Shown here: one piece after another, positions 9,654-16,925 of the stretch | How the letters are laid out: every line of letters starts with the position of its first letter | Numbering within the stretch: position 1 is the stretch's first letter | Origin: Methanobacteriota archaeon | GTDB taxonomy: Archaea; Thermoplasmatota; Poseidoniia; Poseidoniales; Poseidoniaceae | Direction: 5' to 3' | Assembly: GCA_018650165.1 (NCBI GenBank) | Contig: JABIGM010000053.1 | Location: forward strand, 1 to 36,956 | Length of the DNA: 36,956 nt | Notes under the pieces: generated by a model | Database searches by the model: none | The model's input: only the letters and a program-made list of their open reading frames with translations | Told to the model about the DNA's origin: nothing | Position numbers and translations under genes: made by a program

Positions 9654-11696
9654 ATGGTGACAGGTCCCGAGGCAAGAATTCTCGCTCGGCTTGCCACATT
9701 CCCACCGAGACTAGAGGCATCATGGGATGTTCCGCGCGACATCTGTTTACCCGGTTTATCCGAATATCTAGGCGTCGTTCGTTCTGCCTTAAACGCTCCA
9801 CTAAATGAGCTCATCAACAGGAAATTAGTTATCGATAGAAAGGCCCATGTCATAGATGGCGGTAGCCGGAAACGGAAAGTATACCACATCACAGAATTAG
9901 GTCGTGCTGAATGTAAGGACCTAGATGTACCGCTGAAGAAGAAAATAGGTGAACTGTTGGGTCGCCCGCCAGTTAAGACAATGATTAGCGGTAGAGACAC
10001 TCTTATTGGCCAACTAAAAAATGAGAAGAAGTTGATAATTACGGGATTACCGGGGATCGGTAAAACCTCCATTTTACGTAAACTCGCCGACGAATTAGTT
10101 GCAGATGGAAAGACTGTAAGGTTTGCAACGATGGAATCATTCAAAGATATCAATGAGATTTTTAGCGAATGGGAGTTGGAATTTACTAGTGAGTCAGCAG
10201 CATTGAATTCGACAAAAAATGAAGTTTTAATCCTTGATGAAGTTCAACAAGTTAGTCAGAGACATCTCGGTAGATTAGAGGTATTCGCATCAAAATCAGA
10301 ATACTTGATTATGGCTAGCCGTGCACCATTGCCAATTAGTGAAGGTTTCACAATTACCGAGATACCTCCTCTGGAAATAGTTGATGCAGTAGGCCTTTTA
10401 CCCGACCATCTCGGCGATAAGAAATTGGTTGCAGAACGTCTGGGATGCCACCCCTTAGCATTACAAATGCACGATGAAAAATCGGATTTACCTGAAGCCG
10501 GCTATGATTTGCAGGAATGGGTAAGAGATGTTGTTCTTGGCGACCTTGGTGATGAGATAAAAGCATTAGATGAACTCTCTTTACTACCAGTGCCAGTCCC
10601 AACTGAATTACTCCAGCATGAAGCCCAATTATTCGAATTAGATGACCATGCTTTACTTCGCTGGCTTGGAAGTGGAGTTGAATTACATCATTTGGTGAGA
10701 AATGTTCGTTCGACTATGTTTTCTGAAAAAGATCATGCTCTAGCAGCAAATTATTGGTCTGAAAAGGAGGGGGATTTGGCAAGGTTAATCGAAATGCATC
10801 ACATTTTAAGGTCAGGAAAAAGCATAGAATCTCACCTATTATCAAACTCCGAAGGTTTGATGATTCGTTCAAGTGCAGGATTAGCAACCCTTCTCAGTGA
10901 TGCGATTAGCCGATATCCAAGCAAGTCTTTACACAGGGTTGCTGCAATGGTTGCGATAGAACGTGGAGAAGTTGAAATTGCTTCTGAACATCTATCACAC
11001 TGTGATGCACCGGATTTAGCATACACGCTTTCATTACTAGAAGGGAGATCAGAACTCATTGATTTTTCAAATGCAGATTCACGCCTAATCTTATCGGAAG
11101 CAGCTCGCAGAATGGATGACCGAATCCCGGGGCAAAGTCCTAGAAATGGAATCTTAGAATTGCTAGAAATGATTGATTTATCGAAGATTGATACAGATAT
11201 GAAAAAAATTATGCTTGTAGCAATAGCCCACATTAGGCATTCATGGTTTATATCTCAAAGTAATTGGGCAGAAGCAAAGAAAATACGCGATAATCTTGAA
11301 TCTATTTCCCATGCCGAAGATCCTCAATTACAGGCACTTAAATTACGAGCAGAAATTGCAGAAATTTCGCCAAATAATTCATCGTTTGAGCGTTTGGTTT
11401 CGGATGTGTATTCTCGGACTGGATTGAAGGCAACAATGCTCCAAATCGCGTTGGTTCAAAGGTGCGATGGTGAGCGCGCAGTTGCCCTTTTAAATCGGAT
11501 AAAGTTGCCGAGTTTTGATGCTCAAAACAATTTATCTTCAGCCCGGAGAATCACAGCAAATATTTGGTTTTTGAGAGCTTCATATGAAACACATAACCAT
11601 TTTTCGTCTATAGCCGAATCAATTTCACTATGGAAGCAATCCCTTTGCCCACTTGCAGCAAAGGAAGCATCCGAAACGATGCACAAATTATTGTGA
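9654..11696 (+). CDS. Winged-helix + STAND/NB-ARC-like P-loop NTPase with a helical (TPR-like) C-terminus, 680 aa
   Basis: N-terminal wHTH (GLSEYLGVVRSALNAPLNEL...RKRKVYHITELG), Walker A GLPGIGKT (10044-10067), Walker B LILDE (Asp at 10236), sensor-like LIMASR, and the STAND signature GCHPLAL (10443-10463). The C-terminal half is helical and Ala/Leu-rich. Confidence 0.8.
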   Translation: MVTGPEARILARLATFPPRLEASWDVPRDICLPGLSEYLGVVRSALNAPLNELINRKLVIDRKAHVIDGGSRKRKVYHITELGRAECKDLDVPLKKKIGELLGRPPVKTMISGRDTLIGQLKNEKKLIITGLPGIGKTSILRKLADELVADGKTVRFATMESFKDINEIFSEWELEFTSESAALNSTKNEVLILDEVQQVSQRHLGRLEVFASKSEYLIMASRAPLPISEGFTITEIPPLEIVDAVGLLPDHLGDKKLVAERLGCHPLALQMHDEKSDLPEAGYDLQEWVRDVVLGDLGDEIKALDELSLLPVPVPTELLQHEAQLFELDDHALLRWLGSGVELHHLVRNVRSTMFSEKDHALAANYWSEKEGDLARLIEMHHILRSGKSIESHLLSNSEGLMIRSSAGLATLLSDAISRYPSKSLHRVAAMVAIERGEVEIASEHLSHCDAPDLAYTLSLLEGRSELIDFSNADSRLILSEAARRMDDRIPGQSPRNGILELLEMIDLSKIDTDMKKIMLVAIAHIRHSWFISQSNWAEAKKIRDNLESISHAEDPQLQALKLRAEIAEISPNNSSFERLVSDVYSRTGLKATMLQIALVQRCDGERAVALLNRIKLPSFDAQNNLSSARRITANIWFLRASYETHNHFSSIAESISLWKQSLCPLAAKEASETMHKLL

Positions 11697-11930
11697 TTAG
11701 ATTTCAGCACCCAGGAGTGTCTTGGTATCTACAATCCCGGAAATCGGCCTTATTTCTTCAACAATAACTCGGGTCAATGTATATTCATCATTAGCCTCAA
11801 CCTTTGCAATTAAATCATATTCTCCAAAGAGCATCCAACGATTAGACACCTGTTCAATCGCATCCAAACTGCTCCTGACATCGTGTTCACATCCGGGTTT
11901 AGTAGTAATCAATACAAATCCTGTAGCCAC
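11697..11930 (-). CDS. Stand-alone Lrp/AsnC ligand-binding (RAM) domain protein, 77 aa
   Basis: GFVLITTKPG, LFGEYDLIAKV and GIVDTKTLL match the RAM fold pattern. There is no HTH. It has a GTG start with a GAGGTGA RBS. Confidence 0.9.
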   Translation of the reverse strand: MATGFVLITTKPGCEHDVRSSLDAIEQVSNRWMLFGEYDLIAKVEANDEYTLTRVIVEEIRPISGIVDTKTLLGAEI

Positions 11931-11934
11931 ATTC

Positions 11935-11941
11935 TCACCTC
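11935..11941 (-). promoter_or_regulatory. Shine-Dalgarno GAGGTGA overlapping the stop codon of the upstream RAM gene
   Basis: The + strand reads TCACCTC, which is GAGGTGA on the - strand. It lies 4 nt before GTG 11930 and is complementary to the archaeal 16S anti-SD. Confidence 0.7.
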
Positions 11942-12173
11942 AATAATCAACCGCAATCATAGTCTGAGTTTCACGGACTCCGGTAATCTTTCGAAAGTCT
12001 TGAATCAACATTCCAGCTAGGTTCTTTGCATCGTCTGAAGAAACACGTACTAGAAGGTCAAATTCTCCATACAGTACATGCACTTCGGCAACGCTTTCAT
12101 TCTCTGAAAGCGCCATGTACACCTCACGCTCTTTTGTTGGTTCAGTTTTGAACAGGATAAATGCTTCAGGCAT
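11940..12173 (-). CDS. Stand-alone Lrp/AsnC ligand-binding (RAM) domain protein, 77 aa
   Basis: AFILFKTEP, LYGEFDLLVRV and GVRETQTMI match the RAM pattern. Starting at the ATG at 12173 (MPEAF) gives the same 234-bp length as its neighbour. Confidence 0.9.
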   Translation of the reverse strand: MPEAFILFKTEPTKEREVYMALSENESVAEVHVLYGEFDLLVRVSSDDAKNLAGMLIQDFRKITGVRETQTMIAVDY

Positions 12174-12277
12174 TATTTGGTCCACCAACAACCCCCTATT
12201 GACTGTGCCGATAACAGTATATTGCTTCGAAACTAAGAAGGGTAACAGTCTAATGTCATCGCATCTCGTGTAGAGTT

Positions 12278-15200
12278 ATGGTGAGCAAGAACGCTATGTC
12301 CGTAATCGGCATACTAGTTGTGTTATTGCTCTCTTCTCAATCACCAATATTTCTGAATGATGAACACATTAGCGAAACTAATGGCCGAGGCTTAACTGTC
12401 TGGTCAGGTAATGTCGTTCTGAATAATCACCATACAATTCCAGTTACTGACGAATTAGTAATTACATCTTGTACTAATGTTACGATGTCCAACGGGGTCA
12501 GAATTTATGTCGAAGGACGAATCACAGTAGAAGGAACAGCAACCTGCCCTGTGTATTTTGATTTCGCAGGCGGTGGAGACCACATGGGAATTCAATTCAA
12601 TTCAACCTCTAATGGTCGTGGCAGCCGAATCGATAACGCTTCAATTATTCATTCAACTTACGGAATTACAATCTATGGCTCCGACCCATATCTCGCAAAT
12701 GTAACAATTTGGAATGCTGATGATGTGGGGGTGGATATGTTCAATTCAGCGGCGCCAGTCATTCGTAACCTAGTCATTGATGAAGCCGGTCAAGATTGGA
12801 ACTTCCCAACATATTGGAGGTATGGAATTGGGTTGTCAGTTGGTGCAGGTTCTGCACCAAATATCGATGGTTTGTTTGTTAACGATGCAGTTACCCGTGG
12901 ATTGAATATCTGGGGTGGATCTGGTGGATTATTCAAAAATCTCTCTATTGTCAATGTCACAGGATCTACTCTTGCACAAGCGGCAGGAATCTGGGTTGAA
13001 GACAGTGTCCCTTTGCTTCAGGACGCGTTGGTAGATAGGTCAGACCATGGCGCAATAATTCGCCATATAGACGATGGGGCATTAACCAGAGCCGTAATCA
13101 GAGATTTAGAAATCACTAATTCGATGTACAAGGCCCTAATAATCGATAAAGAAGACCACACAAATTACACCAATTATCAGAGTGCTATTATCGAGGGATT
13201 AGAAATCAGTGGAACTGGCGGACTAGATGCCAAAACTCCCGGAATCGCAACAGCAACAATTGAGATAAATGCAACAGGTGCTTGGATTGAAGACGCATAT
13301 CTAAATGACAATGATGCAGTAGGAGTCCAGTTATATTTTGTAGATTCATCCACCGTGTTTACCAACCTTTCAATCAATAATACCGGCGGTTCTGGTAGTG
13401 GCGCAGATGGAGCGGGAGTCTCAATCCGCTCCTCTTACTTCGCTGCTGAATTCAATGGCCTAGAGGTTTCCAATTCTACGGGACCAGGAGTATTTGCACT
13501 CAATGGAGGGGCAATTAAAGGAAGTGACTGGAATCTATATGATAACGGTCAGGAAGGATTCTATTTGGAAAGTGCTGCTACGATTGTAGATGGAATACAA
13601 TTGAGGAATAATGGTGATTCTGGAGTCCATATTGATGATGCCCGGTATGTCTACCTCTCAAATCTTTCAAGTTCCAATAATGGTGATGCTGGCCTAGAGT
13701 TCAATCGAGCCAACGATATCGAATCCGGCTCTGGGGATGTAAGTTGTACTTCGTGTACTTCTGTAGGAGATACCAGAGGAGTCGTTATTTCGGATTCAGT
13801 AGATATCTATCTACATGATTTAGAAATCCATGATCCAACTTCTGGTCCAGCGATTTCTATTGATAATAGTGGATTGAATATTGGCGTACAAGGAGGATTA
13901 TTTCACCTCCAAGATGTTTCAACATGGCTGAATTATAGTGGCCCTGCAATCCAAATTAATGGTGCTGAGGGCGTTATCAATGGGCTTGACATGTACGGTA
14001 ATCACGAAGGTATTGTGTGGGATGCAGATCATAATGTCGAGAGGAATAGCGAATTATCAAATGTTAATTTGTCGGGAACAGGTTGTCTTAATCTTTCCAA
14101 CCATGGACAATTATTTGGTGTTGGGAACATAATCACAACCGATTGTACAGGTACGCTTGATTTCGAAAATGTGGAACTAAATTGGACAGGACTAAGTGAT
14201 GCAGGAAGCCATGTACTGAATCTTGATACAAATTCACATTTACATTTACATCAACCATCAAATATTGATTACTTAGGAGCCAATATTGATGGAAATGGAT
14301 GGATTGAAGAAGCTTGGGACCTCAATATTTGGGTGATTAACAATAACTCAAATGGAGTGCCAAATGCAGGCGTAAATCTTGATTTTGACCAATTAGAAAC
14401 TGCGATTTCGGATTCAACCGGTGAATTAGGAACAGTTACATTCCCTGATTTGCGAGGTAAAAAGTATACTAGTGTGGGAGAGAGCGGATACACGAATGTT
14501 TCAATCGATTGTGCATACGATAGTATTTCAAATTCTACAAGTACTATTTTATCTGAAGATAGAACAATTTGGTGCCACCTACCATTGGCAAATCAAGCGC
14601 CGTTCCTTATCTGGGATTCACCAATCGACCAGAACATCTACCCCTCGCAAGGAGATGTTCTGTTCAATGCCTCAGATTCATGGGACTTGGACGACGATTT
14701 GATGACTTTTACTTGGACTAGCAGTCTAGACGGTGACCTCGAATCTTCATGTACGGGAACATGGCAATATCCAAACGGTCCAAGTAACGGTGTACCTTTC
14801 ACTGCTAATGCTAACGATACATGGGCGTGCCAATTATCTGATGGAATTCACGATATCACACTTGAAATATGTGACGACAAGGGTAATTGTATCCAAGAAA
14901 CTCGTACAATTGAATTGGTAAACCAAGCTCCGATTATTGTAATCAATACTGACCCATCACTTTCATCTTGGGGTGAATTAATTAGTCCTATTACAAGGCC
15001 TGTAGAATACTGGCTAAATGGTACATATGACCCTGAAAACGATATTTTGACTTGTTCGTGGTCATGGCCAGGAAATAATGAACAAATCAATGATTGTGTT
15101 AATGGAACTGGATACATTTCGTTTGCAAATATGTCGGAATCATATTTCGACCTTACACTTTCGGTTTCTGATGGAATTAATCCTCCAAGCGAATGGGTAA

Positions 15201-16873
15201 TCCCTGTAGAACTGTACAATGAAATGCCATTAGCTGCAATGAATGTATCACGTGATGGAAATTTATCTGAGGATGAAGTTAGTTTAGTTAGCACAACTAT
15301 TGATCCTGAAGGTGACGAAATCACTTATCTGTGGGAGAGTAATCTAGACGGAATTATTTCAAATCAAAGTTCATGGAATGGATATCTCTCTCGTGGCACC
15401 CATGTGCTTACGTTGAGTGTAAATGACGGAAGGATGGAACACATCAATTCGACCAGTGAAAATTCTACATTACTAATAGTAGAGAATAGCCCTCCAAAAG
15501 CGAACATCCAATCGCCAGTAATTGGAGAAACCTACGATTCAAGCCATTTATTCGAATTCAATTCATCTGGCTCAGGAGATTGGGATAGTGCGTGTTCTAC
15601 ATTCCCTCCAAATATTGCGTGGCATTGTTCACCAGAAGAACCGGCAACTGGTTCTGAATATTTGATTTACTCATGGCAATCTGATATAGATGGATTATTG
15701 CAAGAAAGTGGTCTGGATTGGCTGATTTTTGAAGGGCATTTGAGTAGCGGTTCACATAACATTACTCTTACCATCGATGATGGAATACATTCACCAGTTT
15801 CTACAAGTATGTCTGTTGAGGTTTCGGCTTCAGCACCAGTGCTGGGGCTGATTGAACCGAATTTATCGCTCGGCTACCATTCCAGTGACCTGATTCAATT
15901 AGACATAAGGGATAGTATTGACTACGATGGTGACAACTTCACATTCAGTTTGGTAAGCGATATTTCAGGCGAGATACTAGTCGATGCCAATCCCATGGAA
16001 ATACATGAAATCCAGTTAGCTGCTGGTGAACATTCATTGACATTCACTCTTCTAGATGCTACAGGACTTTCACGGGATGAAATCGTAGACCTGGTAGTTG
16101 TAGAATCAGATCCTGCGGCTATAATCTATTCGCCAATTAACAATCAATTCTATGAACCGGGCGAATTGGTAATTTTTGACTCAAATGGCACCAATGATGC
16201 CGATGATGATATCACTCGAAGAGAATGGAGGATCTATAGCCCCGATGAAATATATCCAACCGTTATTTCTAATGATGAATACTATTCTACAAGTTTAGCA
16301 CCTGGTGTCCACCATGTGTCTCTATTTGTAGAGGATAGAAGAGGCGGAATTACTGAAGCCCATCTAAACATTACAGTTGCTTCCAGTAGTCCAGACCTTT
16401 CAAACCTAACAGCTTCACCAAAATCAGTTTTAATCGATGAACGTTCTACTATACAAGTTTCAGTTGAACTGAATGACCCAGATGGTACTACTCAGCAAAT
16501 TAATGCAACGATAACCAAGAATCTGCAAACCTGGAGTTTCAACTTATCCGATGAAAACGGGGATGGAATCTGGACTGGAAAAATAGAAATAATGCCTGGC
16601 GAGACAGGCAGTGCTCAAGTTAAAGTTACAGCAATTGATGGAGAAAACTTAGATTACACGAGTATCAATATCGAGTTTGTCGAAGAAGACAATGACATTA
16701 CCTCCCTGTATGTAACCGCTGGTGTAATTGGTGGTTTCATACTATTATCGTCAATTATTGCTATGTTAATTTTAAGACGGAGAAAACGTTTGGCCGATAT
16801 TGATTTGATAGATTCTTGGGGCGTGTTTGGAACCGATTCTAAAGAATATCTAGAAGAAGAGTTAGAATTATAG
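12278..16873 (+). CDS. Secreted right-handed parallel beta-helix + multiple PKD/Ig-like domain protein with a C-terminal TM anchor, 1531 aa
   Basis: N-terminal signal/TM (VIGILVVLLLSSQ). Beta-helix rungs such as YGITIYGS, VGVDMFNS, YGIGLSVG, RGLNIWGG, AGIWVEDS, EGFYLES, SGVHIDDA and AGLEFNRA run through the N-terminal ~650 aa. About seven PKD-like units follow (NxAP...DxDGD...WxSxLDG). The C-terminal TM YVTAGVIGGFILLSSIIAMLIL is followed by RRRKR. Confidence 0.9.
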   Translation: MVSKNAMSVIGILVVLLLSSQSPIFLNDEHISETNGRGLTVWSGNVVLNNHHTIPVTDELVITSCTNVTMSNGVRIYVEGRITVEGTATCPVYFDFAGGGDHMGIQFNSTSNGRGSRIDNASIIHSTYGITIYGSDPYLANVTIWNADDVGVDMFNSAAPVIRNLVIDEAGQDWNFPTYWRYGIGLSVGAGSAPNIDGLFVNDAVTRGLNIWGGSGGLFKNLSIVNVTGSTLAQAAGIWVEDSVPLLQDALVDRSDHGAIIRHIDDGALTRAVIRDLEITNSMYKALIIDKEDHTNYTNYQSAIIEGLEISGTGGLDAKTPGIATATIEINATGAWIEDAYLNDNDAVGVQLYFVDSSTVFTNLSINNTGGSGSGADGAGVSIRSSYFAAEFNGLEVSNSTGPGVFALNGGAIKGSDWNLYDNGQEGFYLESAATIVDGIQLRNNGDSGVHIDDARYVYLSNLSSSNNGDAGLEFNRANDIESGSGDVSCTSCTSVGDTRGVVISDSVDIYLHDLEIHDPTSGPAISIDNSGLNIGVQGGLFHLQDVSTWLNYSGPAIQINGAEGVINGLDMYGNHEGIVWDADHNVERNSELSNVNLSGTGCLNLSNHGQLFGVGNIITTDCTGTLDFENVELNWTGLSDAGSHVLNLDTNSHLHLHQPSNIDYLGANIDGNGWIEEAWDLNIWVINNNSNGVPNAGVNLDFDQLETAISDSTGELGTVTFPDLRGKKYTSVGESGYTNVSIDCAYDSISNSTSTILSEDRTIWCHLPLANQAPFLIWDSPIDQNIYPSQGDVLFNASDSWDLDDDLMTFTWTSSLDGDLESSCTGTWQYPNGPSNGVPFTANANDTWACQLSDGIHDITLEICDDKGNCIQETRTIELVNQAPIIVINTDPSLSSWGELISPITRPVEYWLNGTYDPENDILTCSWSWPGNNEQINDCVNGTGYISFANMSESYFDLTLSVSDGINPPSEWVIPVELYNEMPLAAMNVSRDGNLSEDEVSLVSTTIDPEGDEITYLWESNLDGIISNQSSWNGYLSRGTHVLTLSVNDGRMEHINSTSENSTLLIVENSPPKANIQSPVIGETYDSSHLFEFNSSGSGDWDSACSTFPPNIAWHCSPEEPATGSEYLIYSWQSDIDGLLQESGLDWLIFEGHLSSGSHNITLTIDDGIHSPVSTSMSVEVSASAPVLGLIEPNLSLGYHSSDLIQLDIRDSIDYDGDNFTFSLVSDISGEILVDANPMEIHEIQLAAGEHSLTFTLLDATGLSRDEIVDLVVVESDPAAIIYSPINNQFYEPGELVIFDSNGTNDADDDITRREWRIYSPDEIYPTVISNDEYYSTSLAPGVHHVSLFVEDRRGGITEAHLNITVASSSPDLSNLTASPKSVLIDERSTIQVSVELNDPDGTTQQINATITKNLQTWSFNLSDENGDGIWTGKIEIMPGETGSAQVKVTAIDGENLDYTSINIEFVEEDNDITSLYVTAGVIGGFILLSSIIAMLILRRRKRLADIDLIDSWGVFGTDSKEYLEEELEL

Positions 16874-16886
16874 GGATATTTTAGTA

Positions 16887-16904
16887 GGTAATACATTTAT
16901 TACC
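16887..16904 (+). promoter_or_regulatory. TATA-like box TTTATTA (16896-16902) embedded in the inverted repeat GGTAATA-CATT-TATTACC
   Basis: Read directly from the sequence. The box is 24-30 nt upstream of ATG 16926, and there is no SD upstream, which fits a leaderless transcript. Confidence 0.55.
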
Positions 16905-16925
16905 AAGAAGTTCAAAGGTTGAAAC

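Noticed and set aside
9567-10153. 187-aa minus-strand ORF and the uvrC 5' extension to 9647
   Set aside because: The ORF is an antisense shadow of the STAND gene with no motifs. UvrC homology begins at MPVNP/LPAKPGVY.
9654-11696. Calling the STAND protein an Avs antiviral defence system
   Set aside because: It has no nuclease, TIR, SIR2 or protease effector domain and no defence-island context. The wHTH N-terminus fits a regulator better. Defence is not excluded, but it is unsupported.
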